A stretch of 63,420 nt of DNA, counting the filler, from Polymyxa betae A26-41 (lineage: Eukaryota > Protista > Endomyxa: Phytomyxea), in assembly GCA_003693705.1 (NCBI GenBank). It is 6 parts of 6 records of this genome, joined end to end, with 100 filler letters (N's around TTAATTAATTAA, not from the genome) between each part and the next. Parts side by side here need not be neighbours in the genome. Positions count along the whole stretch, not along the records: positions 6,977 to 31,591 come from RBZT01000304.1; positions 31,692 to 36,224 come from RBZT01000015.1; positions 36,325 to 52,623 come from RBZT01000252.1; 3 more parts are not named here. One strand, 5' to 3'. Under the pieces are notes generated by a model. It was not told the DNA's origin and made no database searches. It saw only the letters and a program-made list of their open reading frames with translations. Of this stretch, positions 25,716-38,086 are shown in pieces (the first letter of the stretch is position 1; each line of letters starts with the position of its first letter). The translations under genes and the position numbers were made by a program.

Positions 25716-25856
25716 CATTTGTTAGTCTAAGAGCAAGGTTACCGGGCGCAGTTATCGTTATCGTTATTTTTAATGATTAGTTAAATTAAATATAAAGATT
25801 CTGCGCGGGTTTTGCACCGGTAGTTTAAATTGCAATCTAGCTAAAACATCTGTTTC

Positions 25857-27161
25857 ATGGATCCAAGTTCTTTCTTCCCGCAATTTCATCCAGACAATTA
25901 CTGTTCTGAAGATGATGAGTGCAGCGATGAGGAGATGATCATTCAATTGCTCATGGAAGACTCGTCCAGTCAAGAGGATACGAATTTTGCTCGTAAGCGC
26001 CGTCGGTCTAACAAAGATCGTCGTCGGGTTCTTTATGATAAACTTCTTCATGAAGATTATTGGGGTACCAACCCAGTTTACGACGCGCAGGACTTTAAAG
26101 AGACGTTTCTCCTACCGATTGGACTGTTTGACCAAATCGTCGAAGATGTGCAGGAATATGACAGTTATTTCGTTCAGAAACGCGATGCTTGTAAAATCTT
26201 GGGCTTGAGTGCACGCCAGAAGATCTGAAATGTTGTTCGTATACTGGCGTCTGGTGTTTCGGCGAAACAGCAAGATGACAAATTTCGGATCACCAAACTA
26301 CGACACGAGAGTCCATGATGCGTTTTTGTGCAGCAATTGAGGCAGTGTATGGGAGCCATGCACTTCGAAAACCAACTGTTCAAGACCTTCATAAGTTATT
26401 GGACGAAAGCCATGACCAAGGATGGCCTGGATGCATTGGTTCAATAGATTGCATGCACTGGAGTTGGAAAAACTGCCCTTCTTCCTGGGCCGGAATGTTT
26501 ACTGGCAAAGAAGGGGTCCCAACAGTGGTGCTGGAGGCGGTAGCTGATCGGAAGTGCCGGTTTTGGCATGTTTTCTTCGGAATGCCCGGTTCCCTGAACG
26601 ATCTCAACATTCTGGATCGCTCTACTCTGCTACATGACGCTTTGAATGGCCGCTCGCCGACTGTTACTTACCAGGTATAAATTGCCGCTGTGTATTACCA
26701 CAAACTAAACTATTTGTGACCAGGTAAACGGGAATACATTTACAATCCCATACTGGCTGGCAGATGGAATTTATCCTAATCACCACTGCTTCGTGAAGAC
26801 CATCACTAATCCATCGAACAGAAAGCAAAAGAAGTTTGCATCGATGCAGGAAGATAAACGTAAGGATATTGAAAGAGCCTTTGGTATGCTCCAGGCTCGT
26901 TTCCACGTGCTCACTAGGCCATGCCAGCTCTGGTCGAGAGATGCCATGTATTCAGTCATGAGAACATGTGTCATTTTGCATAATCTTATTTTAGACTACG
27001 AGCAGCAGAATGGTATGAACTCTGATTATATTAATCAGGAGCAGTATCAGCCGAAACACCCCTTCACTGTTGGCGCAGAGAGGTTAGGCTCCATATCCAC
27101 TGTAGACGAAGCAGATAGCGAATTATCTCGATTTCGCGATGCTGCAATGCATCATAAATGA
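25857..27161 (+). pseudogene. Harbinger DDE nuclease (stop at 26226, frameshift, 49-nt intron 26675-26723)
   Basis: GCIGSIDCMHW, GSLNDLNILD, YWLADGIYP and RKDIERAFGMLQARF catalytic motifs. Confidence 0.9.
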
Positions 27162-27957
27162 ACCTCAAGGCTTCCTCAGAGTGAGGGTTCAAAGCAAAAA
27201 ACGACAATGTGAGGCGTTCCTTCTGGAAGGAAGTACGCTGATCATCGTTGTCAGCCATCCGTTGATAGAAAGCATTCTTCTCAGTACTCTCCGTCTGCTC
27301 ATATTTCAGGCGCTTAGCTGCTTTCTTGCCCACCGTTGGCCTCGAGGTCATTTTCAAAGAGCGCTTTGACGAATTCGACCCAGGAATGTTATCCAAGCCA
27401 GGCGCCGGGTTTTCGTCGCTGCTGCTCTTCTCATCGTCAGATTCATCCAGTTGTAGCGCCTTCTTCATCTGTGGCGTCATGTCGTCGGTGTTAATGCAGA
27501 ATTTCGGCAGATGTTTGACTTCCCGCCAGCACAGTTCATGGGAGAAAGATTTGCCGGTCTCCTTCTGAAATTTCTGCTTTGCCAAATTCATATAATCATC
27601 AATCGGCCATCCAGAATGATATTCCGAGATGGCTTTATTCAAACAGGCTGTAAATTTTAGCAAAGCCTTATGAATAGTATTCAGCCAACGGTTTTTCACC
27701 GCGTCGGGCGTGCGTTCCTCGACTTGTGCATCGCCCATGAGCGCTGCAAATCTCTCGCTAATACGGGCGTAGTAAACATTACCATCTTGATCGGTGCCTA
27801 CAGCAGCGTCTAGAGTAACCTCTTTGTATGCAATCGTGATCTTGAGGTCTTCCGTAGGCTGAAAGTTTTTGGTTCCAGATACCTTACCTTTTGGCTTGGC
27901 ATTAGATTTGAATTCAGTTTCAACTACCATGATATAGAGTATAGAGTATAGACACAA
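27064..27957 (-). CDS. Harbinger Myb/SANT-like DNA-binding protein (NAM-associated type)
   Basis: NFQPTEDLKITIAY...GTDQ....Y...RT..AVKNRW...F..ELCWREVKHLPKF...RPTVGKKAAKR. Confidence 0.88.
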   Translation of the reverse strand: MCLYSILYIMVVETEFKSNAKPKGKVSGTKNFQPTEDLKITIAYKEVTLDAAVGTDQDGNVYYARISERFAALMGDAQVEERTPDAVKNRWLNTIHKALLKFTACLNKAISEYHSGWPIDDYMNLAKQKFQKETGKSFSHELCWREVKHLPKFCINTDDMTPQMKKALQLDESDDEKSSSDENPAPGLDNIPGSNSSKRSLKMTSRPTVGKKAAKRLKYEQTESTEKNAFYQRMADNDDQRTSFQKERLTLSFFALNPHSEEALRFIYDALQHREIEIIRYLLRLQWIWSLTSLRQQ

Positions 27958-28364
27958 TCATCAGATGCAAACTCAGATTTAATGCGCAATTTAACGATTC
28001 GTTAGATTTAACTTTGGCCATTAGCTTAATGATCGCCCAGCTGTCACGCAAAATCCTTATCGTTATCATTAGATATAACGATAACGATAACGATAACTGC
28101 GCCCGGTAACCTTGCTCTAGCCTCTTCTTTCCCATCCTCCTTTGTCTTTCCAGCGATATCCCCAGAGAAACCCTTTGATCGGGTTTATTTACATCAATTC
28201 TCGGTGCGCTCTTCCTGCCTACTTATCATCTGTAGGAAAATTCGATGCGAATTTTTATGGTAGCCATCCTGTCTGCCATTAATGTCTGGTAAAACACTTT
28301 CTAACACCACCATATCCACACTCTTTCACAGAACGGCTTGCAAAACGATGCAAACTCAGGGAGA

Positions 28365-29151
28365 TGTGACAGCGTGTTTGAGAATAACTGAGTTTGTATT
28401 AAAGCGCACATAAACGTCAATGTGGAAATGCCCGAGCTTTTCCTGTTCGCTTGAGATTGCTATGCTGGTATGTCATGCCAGGCCATGACAGTAGTACAGG
28501 CATGGACACCTCCCACTGTACAGACGCAGCCTCCGCCGCGCCACCACGACCCCACTGTACGCCACCACGACCTGACTGTACAGGCGCAGTCACCGCCGCG
28601 CCACCAACTCGGTCATTCTGACCAACACCCTCCTATCGGACGGTCTTCGTCTCCGCCGCCTCGGCCGCCTCCGTTGTATCCGTCTCACCCGTCTTCTCCG
28701 CCGTCTCCGCCTCCTCTGACGTCTCCGTTCTCTCCGTCGCCCCCACCACCCCTGCCATCTCCGTCTCTCTCCGTCGTCCCTATCGTCTACCGCTCTACAA
28801 TAAACAGAATTACTTGACCGTTCGTAACATGGTAGATGTAAATTATCAGCACAGTTTATTACATATTCTATAGGTTTAGTGAGGAACTGAAGAAGCGCAA
28901 AGGGGTGAATCTTGCTGCTTATCAAAATATCTCGGTAGCGTTTCAAGTCTTCAAGTTGAGCTGATTCCAAATCGCCACTTTAGAATGTTCCATGCTTCCA
29001 GAGTACTGCAGGAATTTCTAACAATCGGTTAGATATCTTCACCGGTGTAAAACTGCGTGTAAAACCCTCAAATTAGCCGAGATAACACGAAAGAAGGAAG
29101 TGAGTTTTATATAGATTGAAGTGCAGGTCTAATAAATACGGCATCGTCACA
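28365..29151. mobile_element. Probable solo LTR
   Basis: TGTGAC...GTCACA termini; flanks GAGA/GAGT; internal C-rich tandem repeats; TATA/AATAAA-like motifs. Confidence 0.45.
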
Positions 29152-30160
29152 GAGTGACTCTCAACCTTAACAGAAAGGAAGGGACCTTGTCAGACACTGT
29201 TGCGCTCTAACACCTTTAAGGGGTCTTCCTATCAGACCGTTATTTCGGTAAAACCTGAAACCTGTGTGTATTGTTCCTACAGCTCTTCATCATCTATTCG
29301 CTGAACTGGAAATCTCTCAGAGCTCAGTACTGCGGCAGCGGAACCATTTCTCTGGAGATGATTCAAAAAGGTAACGAAAAAACTGAGCGTTAAACCAATG
29401 TATATCGTAAACATAGAGTCAGACCAAAGTTTTCCCGCAAAACCCTACTAGCTAGTCACCCCAATTTGTTAGGAGGCGCGACCCCGACCCGCCGTACTGT
29501 TACCAAGTGTAGTTTGGCGATAGTTTGCAGCAGTAAGACTGCATGCACAATAATACAGTCACTTTGGAGAACCTAACTGAGAATAGCTCAGTTCTGTTAA
29601 CGCCGTATTTGAATCAACTTCTTCGTCTCGTTTCGTTGTAGTTTTAGTTCCTCGTCGTCGTCTTCCTGTCGTTCTTCCTGTTCTTCGTTCTTCGCTCTCC
29701 TCTTATTATTCTTCTACCTCTTCTTAGACTTCTACTTTCTTCCTAATTAAATCTTCTATAGTTTATTCGTTATAGAGTTGGTTCTTGACACAATTGATTC
29801 ACTTAAGATATTTCTCGATCTGGAGGTTAATCGCGACTTGACATTTTGACTCCCTTGGCTCTGCTTGAGCTTGTCGTCGTCCACAACAAAGCGCATCTGC
29901 ACCAGAGGTTTTCGATAATCGAAATACCGTGTGCGATTTTTGGACGCCCGGGATTCGCGCCTTGCCCAACAGAGCATTGAACTTTTACCGATTGGCAGCA
30001 GCTGTGGTGATCTGGTTAGCGCAGCCCACCTACGCTACTTTCTACCATACGCAATTAATACAGACTCATTCTATTTAATTGTCTCCATCTTTGATCGACC
30101 GTCTGGTACCTCAGATCGGCACAAAGCGCTTTACTGTACCTGCGGGAGAGAGCAGCTACA

Positions 30161-31340
30161 ATGTCGGACGACGAACGACAGGAGCAACAGCTGTCAGCGG
30201 ATGCCGATCGGGACTCCTCCAAATCGGGGAAGGCCCCCAAACCGGTAACTTCTGGGACGATGTCTACGGATGGTCGAACTGGTAGTTATCGCAGTTCAAA
30301 CGTTGCAGGAAACCCTTGTCCGGAACTGATTAGTTTCGCCAAGGAGGCGATTGTCTCTTTTCTCAACGAATATGAGTGGTACTGCAAAATTCATGATGAT
30401 GGAATTGCAGACGGATCGATTGACCCGAAAATAAAGCCGCGTTCAATTAAATCGGCTATTCATCCGAACACCCTTACTTCAATTTGTTACTTGTTGTTAA
30501 AGAAGCGCAAAGATGAAGTAGACTCGGAGCAGCAGTTGAGAAGGATGCTCAACACAGTTGGGAAAACGGAGCCCGATCCTCGGTCCATGAGTACCATTCT
30601 GAAGCGTACGTTGGCTGGGATAGTGAAATTGGGCGGCAGGAATGATCCTGAGGATCGTATCCTTCGTCTGTTTACTACCTTCAACGAAACCGTAGCTAAT
30701 AAAGGGTGGGCCTCAGTTTTCGATGGAAAGGATGGCCGCAAACTGAAAATCCAATACTTGGTCGAAGCTATGCGTAGTGAACCTACACTGCATCAGCTAG
30801 TTAAAGATGCTCTTGAAAAGGACTCGAAATGCTGCCACCCTTTCCTAATTCTTTGAACAGCCTGCGTTTCTGTGCTTTGCAACTTCCAACCAGGGATGCC
30901 TAATAAATAATTCATGACTAGGAGTAATTCCTAATGACCCATTAGAATAATTTATTCCGGTTAGAAGGCGGGAGGAATACATAAGAATATTTATTCTTTT
31001 GTGGGAATAATTCCTAACGATTTTGGGAATTATTCCTATTAGCTTAATCGTGACGAAATCCGATCCTTCGAGATAGCCAGCGCGGAAGCAATTTGTGTTC
31101 ACAAAGTTCGCAAGGCTGAAGAGATTATTGCCGCACGTGATGGAGTCACGAAACGCAAGAGTAGTGCTGGGAAATACAAAGCTGATGGTAACGAGCCGAA
31201 GAGCAAAAAACCGAAGCAGAGTAAAAAGCCTATAGCCACTCCAAAAACGAAAGGCAAATGTCTAGAATGTGGTTCTGAAGACCACAAAATGGCGGGATGC
31301 CCTAAGAAGCCCAGCGCTGAACGTCGCGACAGCTATTAGA
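30161..31340 (+). mobile_element. Ty3/Gypsy-type gag, interrupted at ~30831-31060, with CCHC zinc knuckle (31259-31300)
   Basis: ORF 30161-30830 resembles oomycete-type gag; it resumes as ...KGKCLECGSEDHKMAGCPKK (CX2CX4HX4C). Confidence 0.75.
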
Positions 31341-31691
31341 GCAACACAAGCAGGCTAAAGTTGCGGACTGTATCAGATTTATTAAAAATTACATAAAACT
31401 TCTGATTTTCCCAAAAATAGCGTACGCAGTTTGATGGAACTGCGTCCGCAATAAGACTCGAAGACTGACGCATAAATCTGATGCGTACTAAAGATGCGAA
31501 CATTGATGAAGTATGAAGACCTACTCTAATAATATTGGGCTCGACTCCCAGAGGTCCGTACGGACACCGTACGGACTGAGCTGAATGAAGCNNNNNNNNN
31601 NNNNNNNNNNNNNNNNNNNNNNNNNNNNNNNNNNNTTAATTAATTAANNNNNNNNNNNNNNNNNNNNNNNNNNNNNNNNNNNNNNNNNNNN

Positions 31692-32296
31692 GTCCATGAT
31701 CTGATCAGGCTGAGTTGACTCATCCTTTCCCGTGAACTTGTACGGCATCTCTACAGCATGAGGTTTCGATCGCTTCGAGGTCGTCGCCGTATCAGATGTC
31801 GCTCTCGTGATCTTACTCAAAATCGCAGGGGATCGAATCGGCGACCGGGATGTAGCGCCAACGCTGTCTTCATAACGGAGCTCCCGCCTTGTGGTCGTAG
31901 TTGAGTTGCCTTCCTGATTGGATCGATTCACAGCCCCTCTCGCCTCAGCCAGCTCCCGTCTCAGTCTTTCTATCTCTCTTGTATGGGTCTGATCCATCTC
32001 CTGCATTAGGTGAAGCAGTCGACTGTAATCCTCCTCGCGAACTCCTTGTCCGCCACCATTAGGTACTCATCTCCAGCGCTCTCGCTGTGATCGCCACCTC
32101 TTCGAGTCGTGCCCTGGGGGTCTTCGACGTCGGCATTATCATCATTTTCTCTTGACACACGTGGTTCCTCGTCCGGATTAAAACGCCCTTGATTCTCGTG
32201 GCCAATTCCAGCGTCCCGGTCTTGACCAAGGGTGTCCGCATCCTCGTTCTGATTTCGCCGACCCATCTCTTGAGTCTGGTTTCTTGTAACGGCCAT
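31692..32296 (-). mobile_element. LTR-retrotransposon gag N-terminus (in-frame stop at 32006-32008), cut by contig end
   Basis: MAVTRNQ start, coiled coil, and MPYKFTGKDE (P.kF.G capsid entry motif). Confidence 0.6.
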
Positions 32297-32737
32297 AGCT
32301 TAAGTTCTTTAGTTATGTAAGCGGGTAAGCTTGCGTGCAGACGCTAATAAATTGCAGTTCAACACTAAATAACTCTTTATGAGAATGAATTCAAAAGCAC
32401 TGAATCTTTGTATTCACCATCACTACGTCGAAACACAAGGGAAAGAGAGGTGCGTTTTCTGTTGACTTAGTAAAGACAGATTGAATAGGGCCAAAAGGAC
32501 CTTGGAGGCACGATAAGGGAATTTGTCAATACAGAGATAATCCTAAAGCTGCTCCTGATCGAGGCCTGATGGAATTTAATGTGGGCTCTTGATGAAGCAT
32601 GGTGAACACACATTCTGCAATCGAGACCTCCTGGACGACTCATTCTGATTACTTGACTAGATATAAGTACCAGGCGGGAGAAGCCTGGTACTCAAATCTA
32701 TCATGTATCACATTAAGGAAAACACTAAGAGAGCTTC

Positions 32738-33030
32738 TCGGCTCGGACTCAGTTACGAACCAAAGACACAGCGCTAATCGGCACGGACTAAGCTGCGTCA
32801 CAGAGCACATCGGCTCGGACTGGGTTGCGGCACAAAGCATATCGGCTTGGACTGGGTTGCGTCACAAGGCATAGGCTCGGACTGGGCTGCGTCACAAAGC
32901 ATATCGGCTCGGACTGGGTTGCGTCACAGGGCATATCGGCTGGGACTGGGCTGCGTCAACTGTCCACAGAGCATGTCGGCTCGGACTGGGCTGCGTCACA
33001 GAGCATATCGGCTCGGACTGGGCTGCGCCA
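32738..33030. repeat. ~32-bp minisatellite, ~9 degenerate units (TCGGCTCGGACTGGGCTGCGTCACAGAGCATA)
   Basis: Read directly; lies upstream of the minus-strand gag. Confidence 0.9.
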
Positions 33031-34692
33031 CCCGTATATATATATCCTTCCTTTTGTGGACCGAGGGTACCGGTAATCCTCGGAATTTTCGCAGACCGTC
33101 AAAAATATATGTACTCAGGAATCGCTGAAATTCACATCGTATCATCAATCAGCACGTAAAACAGAATTTCGTTGGTTGAAGTAGAATTTATTGGGCTGAT
33201 CTAAACAAGAGACTGACAGCGGACATTGAGGTCTGGATGTGCTGAGTCCCTATCTTGATATGCCAGTACATAAGCTCTGGGTGCTGGTGCTATGCATCAG
33301 CCAATCGTATCCAATCCTTATGCAGGGGCTCTTCTGAGATTTGACGGCTGTTCTGCTTCAATAATATATCCCGCTGGATGTAATAACTTTAGTACGAAAG
33401 ATCAATTTATTCATCACTATCCATGCTGCAGTTTCGGCATTGCCTTGACATTTCCTGACACATTCTGGCGTGCAGAGAGGCAGCCATTTTCCTTCTCTCG
33501 GTATATCTGATTTCGCTCATCAACGATGTCGTACCCGACATGATCGGAGGCCGCTCCGCCAGCACGTGACCTGCCCGTGGTACGGATCGCGTACCCGACC
33601 CCAAGACTCACCCTGCCCTGATTCTCTTTCTTTTTTTTCATTACTATCTCAATACACCTGGTGACACTTCCGTTCACCTGCGTTCTTTATCTGTCTACTA
33701 GTACACGTCAAACGATCTCAGGCACTTTCACTTTCTAATTTGGTTACTACACGGTGTAAGATTCAGCGACGAGTTTCATCTGATTTGACCCACATTTATT
33801 CAATCAAATCGGCCTTTGCCACAGCCTTGTTCCTGTCATTGCTCTGATGTAATTAGCATATATTTCGTCGAGTTAATATCCATTTTATGATAGATTTGCA
33901 CGTACATCGAGATGGTTGAATAAAGGCTTTTGTCCTTTTTCAACCTACAGCAGCGGTCATTTTCACAAAATCATCCAAGGTGAGAGAAACAGTTGAAACA
34001 ACGACGACAATTGTACGGCTTTCCAAGAGCGTGTATACGCATTAATATGCAGGCTGGTACCATATGTGAGCATATGAGCATCTTCATTGCTGATACAAGG
34101 GGCCATTATATTGATTTTACACTGATCAATTGCTATCAAGGTCGTCACTCAGTATTATGTTTGCAAACGCTGCCCTTTGCATGTGCGCGTTCTTTACCCT
34201 CCTTAGTAATGAATTCCTGTACCAGATGCACAATGCTGTCTATTTCTGTTGTTGCATCAGCATTGAGAGTTATCCTTGATCCCATTATCTCCCTCGTTCT
34301 TACTGTTCTTCTCCAGCCTCGACTCTTTGAACTAGTTTTAGACTTGCAGAGCGATCTTTTCATAATTCAGCGGTCTGGGAGCCCGCCTCTGGAAATCTGA
34401 TGCGAGATCTACAGTAGAATAGCTTTGAACCGGTTCTCTTATCATTAATTCTTTCTAATAACCGATCCCGTCCCTCACCCCGTGTCGGTTCTATGGCTTA
34501 TAACTGATAATCTCTGAAACTCATAGTAAACGTTTTGCAAAAATCGGCTAGAAGAGGATAAATGGAAAAACGTTATTTTTTGGTAGGCGCATCTTATCTT
34601 TTTAATGTTTATTATGAGGTATCAGGTATGATATGAATCAAAGTTTCAATAGCAATCAGCGCCGCAGAAACTGAAATTCCCAAAATTCGGAA

Positions 34693-35900
34693 TCACGAAC
34701 ATGCACGGCAAAAGTTCTCGTGATCCTGCTTCACAGGCGTGAAGCTCTCAATCATCTTTCTTTGGGCCAACTTTGTGATTTCTTTCTGGGTCAGATGTTT
34801 AACACCGCTAACGCCGGCAGCGACCAGGATTGTTGCTGCAAATTCAGCTGTAATAAGAGGACAGACAACACCCACACCAACGGCAGCAATCGCAGCAGCA
34901 GCATCCATCCTCAGCTTGCCCTGCTTGGCAAGAATTTTACCGCTCAGATAGTTGATCACCAGGTTGCCTTTGTCAACAATAATCCGGTACGCTCTCAGGA
35001 GATCGACCAGAGTGACGATTTCTGGACAGTTGATGGTGTCATTAAAAAAAATACAAGACTGCAATTCCCATGATGTCGTAGCATCTCTTCAATCGCTCAA
35101 AATGTGCCGAGTTCGTCAGGGACCGAGACGCTGTGCTGATTGGGTCGGTTTCCTGGGCCAACGCAAGATCTCGTGTTAACTGTCGAATACAGCAGGTCTG
35201 AGAGTTTGGGGACGCCGACAAGAATAGGATTGAGGCTTCTGGTAGCAAATGATTGAAACATTGGCGAAACCGTGAGCGGATCTCTTCTCGAAAGGCGACG
35301 ACCCGCTCTCGTCTCAGTTCCAGCTGGTCACCTTTGCTGATTATGAATCTCATTCGAAAGACGGCTTCGTCTGGGTACACCATCATGAGCATTTTCATGT
35401 TGTTGATGAGTGTTTCAGGAACCTGGTTGCGATCTTTGTTCCAATCTAACATGAAGTAAATCCGTTTCAGCGGCACCTGGCTCCGCCTAGCTTCGACCAG
35501 GGCGCTGGTAATGCCGCCGTGAACCTGTTCCTGTCTAGAGGCTGTCGTAACCCCAAACCCAGGTGTATCGATGATACAGAGAGAGTTACCCGATTGACCT
35601 CCTACCCTGTACAGATTGGAGTACTCTGTATATGGTTGGGCCATTACTTGATAGAGAGTGGATCGGAGATCCCGTCAGCAGCTCAATTAATCGCGACTTT
35701 CCTGCTCCAATCACTCCATGCACAATAACCGAGAAAGATTGGGTGTGAAGGGCGTCATTGAGATCGTTTCTCCAATTTTCTTGCAGACCAAGATGATTCT
35801 GCAGATGGACGTCATATTCGTGAGCAGGAAAACGAACTGGTTGCTGCTGGCTGGTGCTCCATTAAGTTCAGACAGCTTTGAAGAATGTAGCTTTAGGATT
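34693..35900 (-). pseudogene. P-loop GTPase (AIG1/septin/MMR_HSR1-like) with hydrophobic C-terminal segment, frameshifted
   Basis: G1 VIVHGVIGAGKS at ~35694-35729, in a different frame from G3 LCIIDTPGFG and G4-like FIISKGD. Confidence 0.75.
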
Positions 35901-36539
35901 TGCAGTTGCCTGAGATTGAACGATCTTGATTTCGAAATGGCGCTTCGGAGCGCGAGCCTGTCAAATTAGCTCTCGATGCCACGCGCCTCAGCTGAGATAA
36001 CTGGATCTATACGATCAGCACATCACTACCAGGCATGTGACTTGAAAATATCCTAGCATCTCTCCTAATCTTAACCTGCGCTTCAACTGGACTGAGGCGA
36101 GAAGGAGCCCTGATAAGCATAGTTAAATAAGTTAATGACAACAAATAAGCATTGTGCTATTGGGAGTTTATAAAAGGGGTAGTCATCAGGTGCAAATATC
36201 TCCAGAATGAATATATTAGATGGANNNNNNNNNNNNNNNNNNNNNNNNNNNNNNNNNNNNNNNNNNNNTTAATTAATTAANNNNNNNNNNNNNNNNNNNN
36301 NNNNNNNNNNNNNNNNNNNNNNNNAGTTCACGGAAAAGGGAGTGTGGTCCTGAAGACGGCAAATGGGCAGACGGTGACACTGCATAATGTGAATTATGCA
36401 CCGGATGCCATAATCAACCTGTTCGCCGTTAGAGCTGCTCTGTCCAAGCTTGGTAATCGTGATTCCAGACACGACCTGGATAGAGGCCAAAATTCGAGAT
36501 CTTTTTAAGGACGTATTTAAAGATTTTCAATGATTATGT

Positions 36540-37155
36540 GACAGCCATCTCGCAGGCAGAATTCTGCTGTAATGTTTGAACACCGATAAGCCAAAGCCCG
36601 CATTTTATTAAATATTTTTACAGAATTTTTTTAAAGCTAATTTAAAGTGGTTGAAAGAGATCCGCAGAATCCCTAGCAAATCCGCATTTGCATCTGGAAA
36701 AGAATTCGCCATTGCAGAAACAATACAAATTGCAGTCTTGGTCTTGGTATTGTTGGGTGATTCGTTTTTTATGATAGAAAAAATATGGATCATTAGACAC
36801 TTGTAGAACTGAGTCAGTTAGACAATCATTAACTGATTCGAGTACTCTAGTTAACATATATTGCAGATTGAGCAGGACATTGCCCAGTATGTCCAGGACA
36901 GTAATTCTGTAGAAATTGCTAATGATCTATATATTGTCCAAATATTGAGCGAAATAATTGCCATCTTTATTACAATGATGTTCAAGGCAGTACGTACAAT
37001 ATTCAATGTAAAGAATCTCGGAGGTATTCATTCAGACCAGATGAAGACTTCAACTTTCGCTCCTTCAGGGAATCATTCATTCGCTGAATTCGCTCCAACA
37101 TAATCTTTTGTGATATATTCAAAATCCGCACTGTTTACTCTTGCTTTTGTACCTA
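36540..37155 (-). pseudogene. 3' fragment of the LQKLIL-repeat secreted family
   Basis: Nucleotide homology to 46480-47105 and, inverted, to 57390-57822; internal deletion. Confidence 0.75.
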
Positions 37156-37499
37156 CCTAGGGTTTAGGTTTTGCGGTTAGGGTGATGAACAGACGCGTAA
37201 GTAAGCTGAAAAACAATCTTCTATGCTTCGTCGTTGGGCGGGTCTCTTCGTTAACGGCTCTTAACGAGCGTCCGACAGCGAAGTCGCTCATGAGCCTGCC
37301 GTTTCCAGCGAGCTGAGCTTGAATCAGGAAACCCCTTTTGATGGCGTCCGCACCTGGCCTTGGCGATGAAAGTACCGTCGCTCCCTTCGATCCCATCATT
37401 GTCTCGGAGAGGTACGAAAATCCGAATGCAGGCAAGTTTGATTCTGCTGATAATACGCCTCCACGGCCCGTGATTGAGGTTCGCTGCAATGGAAGCGAA

Positions 37500-37760
37500 G
37501 CCGTCCAGGGTTTAGGACTTTGTATGAGTTAAAGGAGCTTTCTACACGATTTGCGCAATTTTCCATCACAAAATCTAACACCAAAAGGCTGATTGTCACA
37601 TTTTCTTGCTTTGGGGCTCCTGCCCAGTAAGAGTAAAATGCTGATGAAGAATTCCATAGAACGAAGTGGAGCTCACGAATCTTGTGTCCTTTGACAATTT
37701 GCTTAAAAAGAATCGACGCTTTCGTGGTTACAGAGCTATCGGACACTCATAGAAAACTCT
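37500..37760 (+). mobile_element. Possible Mutator/FAR1-like zinc-ribbon remnant
   Basis: FRTLYELKELSTRFAQFSITKSNTKRLIVTFSC...CPLTICLKRIDAFVVTELSDTH. Confidence 0.3.
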
Positions 37761-38086
37761 ATGGTGAAGCTAAATCGGGAAAAAAATCTTGTCTCAGAAT
37801 AGTGAACCTATCCAGAGATCAAATTTTGTGTTTCATCGAAAACGATCATTTTTCCAAAACGGAATTTGATTCGCGTGAAAATCACAAACAGAAAAATTGT
37901 ATTACACGAATCCAATCCTATTGGATTCGTGGATTCTACGAAAACCGGATACTTGCTGGCAATTTGAGAAAATGGTGAAAGATGAAGCTCACAGCGAGAC
38001 AAAACCCTAACCCTACACAGCATTGGTATCAGGATGCGGCTCCCTAGTGGAAAAGGCAGCACGGCAAAGATTTTGCGTTGGTTATG

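Larger units (their letters stand above)
25731..28117. mobile_element. PIF/Harbinger DNA transposon
   Basis: Perfect 37-bp TIRs GAGCAAGGTTACCGGGCGCAGTTATCGTTATCGTTAT (25731-25767, 28081-28117); flanks TAA/TAG; two convergent genes. Confidence 0.95.

Noticed and set aside
22226-26228. Reassigned genetic code (TGA read-through)
   Set aside because: TGA ends intact genes (BTB A, PQ-loop, HNH), and frameshifts are as common as internal stops.
28470-28970. Pro-rich and Arg-rich ORFs
   Set aside because: Translations of C-rich low-complexity repeats within a probable LTR.
32738-33030. CRISPR-like array (32-bp period)
   Set aside because: Units are adjacent and degenerate, with no unique spacers and no cas genes; minisatellite.
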